DNA from: Acutalibacteraceae bacterium
Lineage (GTDB): Bacteria > Bacillota > Clostridia > Oscillospirales > Acutalibacteraceae
DNA: 64,000 nucleotides
Assembly (NCBI GenBank): GCA_045612205.1
Contig: JAZKYQ010000081.1
Coordinates: 206-64,205, forward strand
Direction: 5' to 3'
The notes beneath the pieces were generated by a model. That model was not told the origin of the DNA, searched no databases, and saw only the letters and a list, made by a program, of their open reading frames with translations. The position numbers and the translations under genes are program-made. Shown one piece after another: positions 27,101 to 35,654 of this stretch. Each line of letters opens with the position of its first letter. Position 1 is the first letter of the stretch.

Positions 27101-29600
27101 AACAGTAGTTGATGACGATGATGAATACGCAGACGATTACAACTCAACAGACTATGAAGCAATCTATCCCGAAAACAGCAAGTTAGAAACATTTGTAAAT
27201 GCTTATCTTTCATTTGAGCCTGCTTCATATTTCCAGCCCGTTGAGGTTGATGCAACCCTCATCGGTGCAAACTTAAGACCCGAGGATACACTCGTTCAGG
27301 TATGGTACAAGGCAACAGGCACAAGCAACGCATACCAGGTAATCAGCCAGCACACAGTTGTTCCCTACGGTATTGAGGTAGGTATGGGTGCTGACGGTAT
27401 GGATGACGGCTACTACGGCTATGTGGTATGGAACAGCTTGTATAACGGTAATCTTTATGACTATCAGGCACATCTTGATAAGATTGAAGGTCAAGCAGTT
27501 TCAGAGTGGCCCGTATCAGTGGTTTACGGTGAACCCTCACGTTACAGTCCTCTTAATAACGCTGCAACAGGTGTGCTTCAGGTTAAGCTTGTTCCTAACC
27601 GTTACGGTATTATCTATAACGAAAATTATGCTCCCGAAGGTGTAGAAGTAGTTTCTTACGGAACTCACATCTGGAGCTATGACACAGTTATTGATTACGT
27701 TCCCGTTCGTGAAGGCTATATCTTCCAGGGTTGGTATGCTAACCCCGAATGCACAGGCGATAAGGTTACAGAGATTGATGAAACTGTTGCTCAGGATACA
27801 AACCTTTACGCTAAATGGGAAGCAGAAACCGGACATGAGCTTACAGTAAACTATGTTGAAAAGTTTACAGATGCAGTGCTTGAAACTGAAATCAAGGATT
27901 ATTCATTTGACGATGTTGTAACTGCAGAAAGCCTTAAGAAGGATTTCAAGGGCTTCACATACGACAGCGCAAGTGCTGAAAGTGTAAAGATCACTAAAGA
28001 CAAAAACGAAATCACTCTTTACTATGTAAGAAACAACTACGGCTATACTGTAAACTATCTTGAGGAAGGCACAAACAAGGTTCTTGCAACTTCAAAAACT
28101 GCAGAAGCACCATTTGCTTCATTTGTAACTGAAACAGCAATCGCAATTAAAGGCTATGTTCTTACAGGTTACACCAGTCAGACAGTTACAATTACTATCG
28201 ATACAGATGCAACAAAGAACGTTATCAACTTCTACTATGCAGTTGACAACCTCGGTGGCGGCGAAGGCGGTAACGAAGGCGACGGCACACCCGACAAGTA
28301 TCAGAAGAAGGTAATCTTCAAGGTTGTCAACGGTATCTGGTCAAACGGTACAACTGAAGACATCATTCAGTATGTAACTCTTGTTAAGGACGGTAAGCTT
28401 GATGCCGAAGGTTCAGCTGAACTTAAGGCTCCCAACGGCATGATTGCAAACACAGGCTACAAGAACGGCTCATGGGATAAGGAAATTCCCTCAACCGTAA
28501 GCGGCACAGAAACACTTACATTCACCTACAGCTTTGTAAGAAGCACAACTCCGGTTGAACCGCTTGATGATGTAAGATATATTGTTGAGCATTACAAAGA
28601 AAATGCTGACGGCACATACAGCCTCGTTGAAGAGGATACAGAAATCCTCGTCGGCAAAATCGGTGAAAAGGTTACTGCAACAGAAAAGGCCTATGATGGC
28701 TACTGCCTGAATGAAAGCAAGTCAGAAGCAACTTCAAGCGGTGTGCTTAAGGCTGTCGGCAACGAAAGTGATATCGTTACACTCAAGCTTTATTATGATA
28801 TTGATAAGCTTGGAGGTGGCGAAAACGGCGACGAAGGCGACGGCACTCCCGACAAGTATCAGAAGAAGGTAATCTTCAAGGTTGTAAACGGCACATGGGC
28901 TGACGGTACAACAGCTGATAAGGTTGTTTACCTTGATCTTATGAAGGACGGCAAGTATGCACTTGACGGTACAGCTGCTCTTACAGCTCCCACAGGTATG
29001 AAGGCAAATGAAGGCTTTGAAGGCGGAGCTTGGGATATCACTCCTCCCTCTGCTGTAAGCGGTACAAACGTAGAGACATACACCTATACCTTTACTGAAA
29101 CAGCTCCGGAAGAACCTGATACTCCCGACAACCCTGACAATCCCGATACTCCTGACGAACCCGATGTTCCTGATACTCCTGTTAATCCCGACAGTCCCGA
29201 GGGAGACGGTGAAGGCGATAACGGTTCAGGTAACCTCGGCTTCAAGAATTATATTCTCTTCGGTAAGACTGACGGTATCGGCTGGTATCAGGTTTCCAAG
29301 GATGGCGGACAGCCCTATGATGTCGTATTCGGTAATTCAACATATGAGGTTGAGCCCGGTACAGAGATTATCGTCAAGGTCGGAGATCTTATGGGCGATG
29401 CATTTACCTTCTATGTAAACGGTGATGCAATTGAGCCTGACGAAAACGGAAATCTCGTTATCACAGTTGACGGATATATGCTCATCGGTGCACTCGGCTA
29501 TAAGGTTAATGTGCCTGATGTTGAAGAATCACTCAACTGGTTCCAGAAGCTTATCAAGGCAATCAAGGATTTCTTTGCAAAGCTTTTCGGTAAAAAATAA
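24174..29600 (+). CDS. giant secreted adhesin-like protein (Listeria-Bacteroides/InlB-B-type repeats, MucBP-like units, Pro/Asp linker, C-terminal amphipathic helix)
   Basis: 1808 aa with a signal peptide (LLTIIMLFTMVPVSVFA). Flg_new-type units: YSVKYDTNGGAF...VREGYVFAGWEY, YDVTFDAQGG...NHNFLGWYKDKEC, YGIIYNENY...VREGYIFQGWYANPEC. MucBP-like units: LTVNYVEKF.., YTVNYLEEG.., VRYIVEHYKEN... No LPXTG motif. Confidence 0.8.
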   Translation: MKKVISILLTIIMLFTMVPVSVFAAEEITVNLVSFMRGDVNDLRSSELLEVQVEGYDGNPRELTYKWTSSLGTYLYIYNSHNMYGINNTYGEMEIYNTDKKISRNSNVEADRAGDKTLSKAGFMWASVYGAYEYSNVSASTALKGTVKVEVYDSKGTKLGEDSFSSFKVHNLDGDLDNVVIGLFEGDRMNALDLLGQSGIVHITCEQSKVSSAEILEGDEHIKIETEKKDSNTYNYYIKGIKAGDNSTNGDAQLEINIKKTSCKFHYNTSGTAEPIVYVFKKPKTSTTTTTLTLVDDIDSRCEYFINGNKGEKQDDGTIIFTGLDPNTKYTVEVRAEYEDKGTTKYVYGYVEDTTKPVYKATVKTYLDDTITDISSIHGEEVTLYIRKDLEDAEYIVLTKNGTGTYEAIVENGTYYPWHYENGTYHQARKYELIIQNANAELYLHHYSVKYDTNGGAFKSGEDVGTEIYSSMTAVNATSNVPVREGYVFAGWEYNGKVITSGKQITSSISAPITLKAKWEKAVNVIINVTIDHKTVDGFDPNPSRTELDVDFLEMTANSPAFVETGDKLYFREDKVTDENGSAKAYTYSIENNVSKYTATDYTYTGLLESSTFGVALSKSGYDVGTIEKKQDKLGNWVINIPLTYNPDDFDLEFSVEMDDDVPKELYPDAVIVKVAYWNTDTNEWKIISQQENAGAVVKPGVRVDIDPKTGEGSGSYPVWRYDGKNNPYGYRAVVTGFIYDGSTIVVPTEKDHTKDDNTVIVTYTDGNYTATMSDIADGKKFSTSLNGAYYNDKTNAQQGTLHGVISVEKYDVTFDAQGGTNAEGKDAAKQVYRVPELDGYKPTMENHNFLGWYKDKECTIPAVENELLTEDITLYAKWDKILTGNVRVAGSYVQNGEIVDVWAVDRADSAVVVLQEITETGVYSIDRQTVNIVWPMAEMVYGISEEYKFTGLDPAKQYRTEVYVLNYGTTYQNSTTVVDDDDEYADDYNSTDYEAIYPENSKLETFVNAYLSFEPASYFQPVEVDATLIGANLRPEDTLVQVWYKATGTSNAYQVISQHTVVPYGIEVGMGADGMDDGYYGYVVWNSLYNGNLYDYQAHLDKIEGQAVSEWPVSVVYGEPSRYSPLNNAATGVLQVKLVPNRYGIIYNENYAPEGVEVVSYGTHIWSYDTVIDYVPVREGYIFQGWYANPECTGDKVTEIDETVAQDTNLYAKWEAETGHELTVNYVEKFTDAVLETEIKDYSFDDVVTAESLKKDFKGFTYDSASAESVKITKDKNEITLYYVRNNYGYTVNYLEEGTNKVLATSKTAEAPFASFVTETAIAIKGYVLTGYTSQTVTITIDTDATKNVINFYYAVDNLGGGEGGNEGDGTPDKYQKKVIFKVVNGIWSNGTTEDIIQYVTLVKDGKLDAEGSAELKAPNGMIANTGYKNGSWDKEIPSTVSGTETLTFTYSFVRSTTPVEPLDDVRYIVEHYKENADGTYSLVEEDTEILVGKIGEKVTATEKAYDGYCLNESKSEATSSGVLKAVGNESDIVTLKLYYDIDKLGGGENGDEGDGTPDKYQKKVIFKVVNGTWADGTTADKVVYLDLMKDGKYALDGTAALTAPTGMKANEGFEGGAWDITPPSAVSGTNVETYTYTFTETAPEEPDTPDNPDNPDTPDEPDVPDTPVNPDSPEGDGEGDNGSGNLGFKNYILFGKTDGIGWYQVSKDGGQPYDVVFGNSTYEVEPGTEIIVKVGDLMGDAFTFYVNGDAIEPDENGNLVITVDGYMLIGALGYKVNVPDVEESLNWFQKLIKAIKDFFAKLFGKK
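28251..29100 (+). repeat. internal duplication (two ~290-bp homologous segments, 558 bp apart)
   Basis: GGCGACGGCAC(A/T)CCCGACAAGTATCAGAAGAAGGTAATCTTCAAGGTTGT occurs at about 28279 and about 28837. Protein level: GDGTPDKYQKKVIFKVVNG(I/T)W..GTT twice. Confidence 0.8.
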
Positions 29601-29608
29601 TTGATCAT

Positions 29609-29644
29609 AAACCATCGGTGTGAACCGGTGGTTTATTGTTTCTT
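29609..29644 (+). terminator. terminator after the adhesin-like gene
   Basis: AAACCATCGG / CCGGTGGTTT stem (one G-U), 6-nt loop, then ATTGTTTCTT. Confidence 0.65.
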
Positions 29645-29695
29645 ATGAGCAAATCAAATGAAAAATCTGAATTTTTATTATATCTGTCAGCTGAA

Positions 29696-29731
29696 TTTGT
29701 AAGAGGTTTGTAAGAGGTAATATGTTAGAAT
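29696..29731 (+). promoter_or_regulatory. tandem 11-bp direct-repeat operator + -10 box (site c, upstream of the partner-switching operon)
   Basis: TTTGTAAGAGG (29696..29706) TTTGTAAGAGG (29707..29717), 8 nt, TAGAAT (29726..29731); 70 nt upstream of ATG 29801. Confidence 0.7.
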
Positions 29732-29800
29732 AATCTTTTTAAAGGAGTATTTTAATTTTTAGCATATTCATAAAGAAATATTTGGAAAGAAGTACTGATA

Positions 29801-30763
29801 ATGAGTAAGAAAAATAAATTTTTTGCCGATGACGGATGGGCAATGTGGGTTGACGGTGACGATGTCAGCACAATCTATCTGAACAACTGGCTCAACCCTA
29901 AGGGAAAAAGCTACGTGGATGTAGCTATACATATAAGAGGAATCAATGAAACCAAGTCACTTAATATATATTTTCCTTTTAATGTTGACAAAAACGAAAT
30001 TGAGGATGTTTCACTCAAATTCAATGATGAGAATCTTTCAAGAGCAATTTTCAGCAGTATGTGTGTGATCGATTACAAGAAAAACAAGGCTACATCGGAA
30101 ATTGCATACAACGGAAAAACCGTGGATATAGTTCATATATCGGCTCTTGAATATACTGTGGAGCCTGTTTCGTCAGGTGCGTTGTTAAAGGTGCCTTTTG
30201 CGGAGCTGTTTGAATATCTCGACAATGACGAGGTTTATTTTATGTTCCGTGTTCCTCACAAATCCATAACAAAGGTTTTCAGACAGCGTAACAAGGTCGG
30301 CAGCTTTTTCAATAAGACCCGTGACCTTCTTATGTCACCGATTATTTCCGAAAGCTACGGATATTCAGTAAGAATCAATGAGGGCAGACTTCTTCCCAGG
30401 GAGGTCAACAGTATCGGCGCCTTCCACAGACAGAAGCTGAAAAAGGCCGTTGTAACAATTTCAGTTGCCGAGGATTATGAAATCAGTGATGTGTCCTGTT
30501 ACCGCATCAGAAGGCTTGAAGAAGAGCTGTATGAGAATTTCCTTCCTGCAGGCTTTGACGGTGAGGACGTGGTTACTTATCAATGGCAGCAAACCCGTGA
30601 AACCAATTTAAGGGGTCACTTTAATTTTTACCTCAGCATATCCCGTAACGCAATCAGCAAGGGAAGTCTTATTATATACCTGATTATCATTGTTTTTCTT
30701 GATGTTGCAGGCGGTATGACATGGGATCTTATACAGCTTCTGTATAAATTGATTTTTGGTTAA
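29801..30763 (+). CDS. hypothetical protein with C-terminal TM tail anchor
   Basis: 320-aa ORF, first gene after operator site c. Only one hydrophobic helix, at the extreme C-terminus (LIIYLIIIVFLDVAGGMTWDLI). No family recognised. Confidence 0.6.
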   Translation: MSKKNKFFADDGWAMWVDGDDVSTIYLNNWLNPKGKSYVDVAIHIRGINETKSLNIYFPFNVDKNEIEDVSLKFNDENLSRAIFSSMCVIDYKKNKATSEIAYNGKTVDIVHISALEYTVEPVSSGALLKVPFAELFEYLDNDEVYFMFRVPHKSITKVFRQRNKVGSFFNKTRDLLMSPIISESYGYSVRINEGRLLPREVNSIGAFHRQKLKKAVVTISVAEDYEISDVSCYRIRRLEEELYENFLPAGFDGEDVVTYQWQQTRETNLRGHFNFYLSISRNAISKGSLIIYLIIIVFLDVAGGMTWDLIQLLYKLIFG

Positions 30764-30775
30764 AGGAGGAAACAG

Positions 30776-33610
30776 ATGAAGCTTTTAGTTCCTGTTTTTT
30801 TAAACTGCATTTTTGTAGTAATGTTTTATCTTCTTGATAAAAAAACAAAGTTCAAGAATCTGAACTTGATATCAAAGCAAATAATGATAGGCCTTGTTTT
30901 CGGCGGCTTGTCCGCCTTTGCATCAGGTTATGGTGTTGAGATTCTCGGTACTGTGGCAAATGTCCGTGATGCCGCACCTCTTTGCGCAGGCCTTATTTTC
31001 GGCGGCCCTGCAGGTGTTATTTCAGGTGTTATAGGCGGCTTGTACCGTTTCTTTTCCGTTTACTGGGGCGGTGGAGAATACACAAGAATTGCCTGTACCC
31101 TTTCAACAATGCTTGCCGGCTTTATTTCAGCGGCACTGAGAAAATATATGTTTGACAATAAAAAGCCCACCTGGAGCTACGGTGTATTTATCACCGTTGT
31201 GTGTGAGGTTCTTCATATGCTGATGATTTTCTTTACAAATATGAGCGATTCATCATATGCATTTGAATTTGTAAAGGGTGCCACAATTCCCATGATTATC
31301 GGCAACTCAGCAGCTGTAGGGATTTCTCTTATTGTTGTTTCACTGCTTAATCACGAGGAAAGAAAGCTCGGCAAAACAAATGAACGCATTTCACAGACCT
31401 TTCAGCGAAAGCTTCTGGTGCTTATTGTTGTAGCCTGTGTAGCTACCAGTACCTATACATATATCCTTCAGAACGGAATGGCTGAAATTGAAACAAAAGA
31501 GATTTTCACATCAGCAATGAACGACGTGATTACTGACGTAAGAGGTAAATCCGATGAGAAGCTGCTGGAAATTACAGAAAAAATACGTGCTGAATATGAA
31601 AAGAATAAAGATGTTTCTTTTGACAGCCTCAAGGAAAAATACAATGTTACGGAAATCAACGTTGTTGCTTCTGACGGCACTATTGTTGCTTCTGCCGATA
31701 AAGAAATTATCGGTAAATTCAATATGAACAGCACCGAACAGTCAAAGGAATTTATGGTGCTGACCGGTGAAAAAAGCGAGTATGTGCAGATGTACAGTCC
31801 CCAGGGCATAGACGGTGTAACAATGAGAAAATATGCAGGGGTCAGCCTTTCTGAAGGCGGATTTATTCAGGTCGGCTACGATGCTGTTCAATTCCATGAT
31901 ATGCTTAACGATTTTGTTGTTGACGTGACAAAAAACCGCCATGTAGGAAGCAATGGCTTTGTTGCTGTCTGTGATGAAAAATTAAATCTTGTAACCCATA
32001 CCGGCAGAAACGGAAAGCATATTTCGACTATAGGTATAACTCCCGTTGAGGAAATGCTTCAGGGAAAATCTGCAAGTCAGCTTTATAAGACAAATATTAT
32101 CAATGATGAAACAGATTTCAGTGAAGAATATATTTATGTTTTCACCTTTGTTGAGGGCTACTGCATAATTGCCGCAATGTCTTCAGCTGAAGCTATGCTG
32201 ATGCGTGATGCATCACTTTATACAAGCATATTTATGCTTGTGCTGATTTTCGCAGCTTTGTTTATTTTTATTTATTTCCTTATCAAAAAGGTAATCATCA
32301 ACAATCTGCAGAAAATCAACGGTACTCTTTCAGAAATTACAGGCGGCAACCTCAATGTGAAGGTCGATGTCCGTTCAAATGCAGAGTTTTCGTCTCTTTC
32401 TGATGACATCAACTCAACCGTATCAACTCTTAAAAGATACATCGGTGAGGCTGCAGCAAGAATTGACAAGGAGCTCGAATATGCAAAGCAGATTCAGCTT
32501 TCGGCTCTTCCCTCGGATTTCCCCGATACAGAAAAGTATTCCATATATGCACAGATGATAGCCGCTAAAGAGGTAGGCGGAGATTTCTATGATTTCTACT
32601 CTCTTGACGATAACACAGTACTTTTCCTTGCCGCTGACGTATCGGGTAAGGGAATTCCTGCCGCTATGTTTATGATGACGGCAAAAACAATTATCCGCGG
32701 TCTTGCTGAAAGAGGACTTTCCGTTGATGAAATTTTCACTCTTGCCAACGAAAAGCTTTGTGAAAATAACGAGTCGGGTATGTTTGTAACCGCTTGGATG
32801 GGTAAGCTTGACCTTCCTACAGGCAAGCTCAGCTTCGCAAATGCAGGACATAATCCTCCGATTATTGTTCATGCAAACGGTGAATGCGAATATCTCAAGA
32901 GCCGTACAGGCTTTGTGCTTGCCGGTATGGAGGGTATGAGATACCGTTCAAATGAAATGACACTCAATAAGGGCGACAGAATTTTCCTTTATACCGACGG
33001 TGTAACAGAAGCCACGGATGAAAATGAGGCTCTTTACGGTGAAGACAGACTTATGTCTTACATCGATAAAAACAAAGAACTGAAGGCTGAAGCATTGCTT
33101 TCGGGTCTTAAAGAGGATATCGACCTTTTTGCAGGTGATGCTCCTCAGTTTGATGATATTACAATGCTTATTTTTGACTACAAAAAGAAAGAAGGTGCTG
33201 CTATGAAAGAAAAAGTCTTTCCTGCCGAAAAAGGCGCTTTGCCCGAGGTAATGGATTTTACAGAGGAATGTCTCCAAAGCTTCGACTGCCCGATGAAAAG
33301 CCTGATGGCAATCTCCATTGCTGTGGAAGAGATCTTCGTCAATATTGCAAGCTATGCCTACGGTGAGGGCACAGGTGAAGCGGCTCTTTCCTTCTGCTTT
33401 GACGAAAGCGAAAGAATGATGACTCTTGTTGTAAGTGATGAAGGCGTACCCTTCAATCCTCTTCAGAGAGAAGAGCCTGATATCACTCTTTCAGCAGCAG
33501 AGAGAGACATCGGCGGTCTTGGTATTTTTATCACAAAGAAAACCATGGACACGGTTTCTTACAGATACGAAAACGGCAGAAACATTCTCACTATGACTAA
33601 AAAAATATAA
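30776..33610 (+). CDS. multidomain sensor: 5TMR-LYT-like membrane domain + extracytoplasmic (Cache-like) domain + HAMP + PP2C/SpoIIE phosphatase + RsbW/SpoIIAB-like HATPase kinase
   Basis: 944 aa. N-terminus NVRDAAPLCAGLIFGGPAGVISGVIGGLYRF (LytS-type 5TM). HAMP-like INNLQKINGTLSEITGGNLNVKVDV. PP2C motifs GGDFYDF, AADVSGKGIPAAMFMM, NAGHNPP, LYTDGVTEA, DDITML. The C-terminal ~135 aa (from internal ATG 33203) is a paralog of the stand-alone kinase at 47446..47853. Confidence 0.85.
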   Translation: MKLLVPVFLNCIFVVMFYLLDKKTKFKNLNLISKQIMIGLVFGGLSAFASGYGVEILGTVANVRDAAPLCAGLIFGGPAGVISGVIGGLYRFFSVYWGGGEYTRIACTLSTMLAGFISAALRKYMFDNKKPTWSYGVFITVVCEVLHMLMIFFTNMSDSSYAFEFVKGATIPMIIGNSAAVGISLIVVSLLNHEERKLGKTNERISQTFQRKLLVLIVVACVATSTYTYILQNGMAEIETKEIFTSAMNDVITDVRGKSDEKLLEITEKIRAEYEKNKDVSFDSLKEKYNVTEINVVASDGTIVASADKEIIGKFNMNSTEQSKEFMVLTGEKSEYVQMYSPQGIDGVTMRKYAGVSLSEGGFIQVGYDAVQFHDMLNDFVVDVTKNRHVGSNGFVAVCDEKLNLVTHTGRNGKHISTIGITPVEEMLQGKSASQLYKTNIINDETDFSEEYIYVFTFVEGYCIIAAMSSAEAMLMRDASLYTSIFMLVLIFAALFIFIYFLIKKVIINNLQKINGTLSEITGGNLNVKVDVRSNAEFSSLSDDINSTVSTLKRYIGEAAARIDKELEYAKQIQLSALPSDFPDTEKYSIYAQMIAAKEVGGDFYDFYSLDDNTVLFLAADVSGKGIPAAMFMMTAKTIIRGLAERGLSVDEIFTLANEKLCENNESGMFVTAWMGKLDLPTGKLSFANAGHNPPIIVHANGECEYLKSRTGFVLAGMEGMRYRSNEMTLNKGDRIFLYTDGVTEATDENEALYGEDRLMSYIDKNKELKAEALLSGLKEDIDLFAGDAPQFDDITMLIFDYKKKEGAAMKEKVFPAEKGALPEVMDFTEECLQSFDCPMKSLMAISIAVEEIFVNIASYAYGEGTGEAALSFCFDESERMMTLVVSDEGVPFNPLQREEPDITLSAAERDIGGLGIFITKKTMDTVSYRYENGRNILTMTKKI

Positions 33611-33622
33611 AGGAGACTTCTT

Positions 33623-33919
33623 ATGAATATCAATATCGAAAAAACAAACGGTGTAACTCTTATGGCTCTTGAAGGCAGACTTGACACAACAACAGCACCC
33701 GAGCTTGAAAAGGCTATCAATGGTGAAGGCGCAGCTCTTAAGAGCTTAGTGCTTGATTTCAAGGGCGTTGACTACATTTCAAGTGCAGGTCTTCGAGTGC
33801 TTCTTACAGCACAGAAAAAGATGAACGCTCAGGGACATATGGAGCTTGTGGGTGTAAGCGAAGCAGTTATGGACATATTCGAAATGACAGGCTTTGCAGA
33901 CATTCTGGAGATTAAATGA
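33623..33919 (+). CDS. STAS-domain anti-sigma-factor antagonist (SpoIIAA/RsbV-like)
   Basis: 98 aa. LEGRLDTTTAPELEKAI and DYISSAGLRVLL (conserved phosphorylatable Ser context); FEMTGF. Confidence 0.85.
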   Translation: MNINIEKTNGVTLMALEGRLDTTTAPELEKAINGEGAALKSLVLDFKGVDYISSAGLRVLLTAQKKMNAQGHMELVGVSEAVMDIFEMTGFADILEIK

Positions 33920-34485
33920 TGGATAAGGTAACAAAAGCAATTGAATTTGCCGCAAAGGCTCACGACGGCATGGAAAGAAAAAAGGATAAAACACCTTATA
34001 TTCTTCATCCTCTTGAAGCAGCAGTAATTGTCGGCTCTATGACTGAGGATAAAGATGTCATCTGTGCAGCAGTGCTTCACGATGTAGTGGAGGATACTCC
34101 GATTACCATTGAAGAAATTGAAGAAAATTTCGGAGCCCGTGTAAGAGCACTTGTTGAATCGGAAACAGAGGACAAGCGTGCTGATTTGCCGCCGGAGGAC
34201 ACCTGGAGAATAAGAAAAGAGGAATCTCTTGAAGAGCTTGCAAACTGTGGCAATACCGATGTTCTTATGCTCTGGATTGGTGACAAGCTGTCCAATATGC
34301 GTTCTTTTTACAGAATATGGAGAGCCGAGGGTGACAGCATGTGGCAGTCCTTTAATCAGAAGGACCCTGCACAGCAGAAATGGTATTACAGCACTATATC
34401 CGAGCTTACTTCCTCACTCAAGGATTTTGCAGCGTGGCAGGAATATAACGAGCTTGTAAAAATTGTTTTCGGAAAGGTTAAATAA
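33916..34485 (+). CDS. HD-domain protein of the RelA/SpoT hydrolase type (small alarmone hydrolase-like)
   Basis: 189 aa. AIEFAAKAHDGMERKKDKTPYILHPLEAAVIV and AAVLHDVVEDTPITIEEIEENFGARVRALVESET match HD_4/(p)ppGpp-hydrolase motifs. The start overlaps the STAS stop (ATGA). Confidence 0.75.
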   Translation: MMDKVTKAIEFAAKAHDGMERKKDKTPYILHPLEAAVIVGSMTEDKDVICAAVLHDVVEDTPITIEEIEENFGARVRALVESETEDKRADLPPEDTWRIRKEESLEELANCGNTDVLMLWIGDKLSNMRSFYRIWRAEGDSMWQSFNQKDPAQQKWYYSTISELTSSLKDFAAWQEYNELVKIVFGKVK

Positions 34486-34486
34486 A

Positions 34487-35653
34487 ATGAATAAAATTGA
34501 ATTCAGAACAGATAAAGATATTTTATATATAAGCCTTGAGGGTAGGATTGATGCCTCAAATGCAGCTGATGTTGAAAGTGAAATCAAGGAAATAAGAAAA
34601 GCGCACCAGGGTATGCATACTGTTCTTGATGCGGACAGACTTGAGTATATTTCCAGTGCAGGTCTTCGTATAATGCTTCGCTTGAGAAAGGAAGAGGCGA
34701 AGCTTGCGATAATCAACGTTTCACCTGAGGTTTACAGCGTTTTTGAAATGACAGGCTTTACTGAAATGATTACCATTGAAAAAACATATCGCAGAATAGA
34801 TGTTTCTGACTGTGAGTTTATTGCAAAGGGTGCTAACGGTGCAGTTTACCTCTATGACGATGAAACTATAGTAAAGCAGTACTTTAACAGAGATGCTCTT
34901 CCTGAAATTATGCAGGAACGTGAAAACTCAAGAAAAGCCTTTGTTCTCGGTGTCAACACAGCAATTCCTTACGGCATTGTCCGTATCGGAGACGGCTACG
35001 GAAGCCTTACAGAGCTTCTCAATGCTACCTCGGTAACAAAGCTCATAAGAGCAAATACTGAGGATTTATCACAGAGCGTTGCTTACTTTATTGACACAAT
35101 CAAAGAGGTGCATGCAATTGAAACCGAGGAGGGGGAACTTCCTGATTTCAAAAAGTGGGTTCTTGAGTGGGTAGATTTTCTTGCAGATTACCTTGATGAA
35201 GCACACGCTCAGAAAATGCGTACACTTATTGAGGGTATTCCTGACAGTAACAACATTATTCACGGTGACTACCATACAAACAATGTAATGGTACAGAACG
35301 GTGAGCCTATCCTTATTGATATGGATACACTTGCGGTAGGTCATCCGATTCTTGAGTTCGGCTCAATGTATAATGCTTATGTAAGCTTTGGTGAGCTTGA
35401 TAAAGCCGGTATCGAGGACTTTTTCGGCTTTGATATTGCTACTGCTAAGCGTTTCTGGCGTCTTTCTCTTGCAAGATACCTCGGCACTGATGATGAAAAT
35501 GCAATTGATGATGCCGAAAACAAAGCAAAAATTATCGGTTATATGCGACTTCTCCGCCGTTGTCTGAGAAGAGATTCTGATCAAGTAACAGTAAATCACT
35601 ATAAATCAAGACTTACAGAAGCTCTTGACAAGGTTGAAACATTGGTGTTCTGA
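34487..35653 (+). CDS. STAS domain fused to an APH/choline-kinase-like phosphotransferase domain
   Basis: Track ORF starts at 34463, but ATG 34487 lies 1 nt after the upstream stop. The N-terminus (LEGRIDASNAADVESEI...EYISSAGLRIML...FEMTGF) is a STAS paralog. The C-terminus has Brenner/APH motifs IIHGDYHTNNVMV and ILIDMDT. Confidence 0.75.
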   Translation: MNKIEFRTDKDILYISLEGRIDASNAADVESEIKEIRKAHQGMHTVLDADRLEYISSAGLRIMLRLRKEEAKLAIINVSPEVYSVFEMTGFTEMITIEKTYRRIDVSDCEFIAKGANGAVYLYDDETIVKQYFNRDALPEIMQERENSRKAFVLGVNTAIPYGIVRIGDGYGSLTELLNATSVTKLIRANTEDLSQSVAYFIDTIKEVHAIETEEGELPDFKKWVLEWVDFLADYLDEAHAQKMRTLIEGIPDSNNIIHGDYHTNNVMVQNGEPILIDMDTLAVGHPILEFGSMYNAYVSFGELDKAGIEDFFGFDIATAKRFWRLSLARYLGTDDENAIDDAENKAKIIGYMRLLRRCLRRDSDQVTVNHYKSRLTEALDKVETLVF

Positions 35654-35654
35654 T

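Noticed and set aside
29107-29230. 9-bp periodic Pro/Asp-encoding microrepeat (PDTPDNPDNPDTPDEPDVPDTP)
   Set aside because: It is an in-frame low-complexity linker typical of cell-surface proteins, not an independent repeat element.
31468-32872. 113-149-aa minus-strand ORFs inside the 944-aa sensor gene
   Set aside because: They are antisense to a gene with contiguous, motif-supported domains (HAMP, PP2C), and there is no independent support for them.
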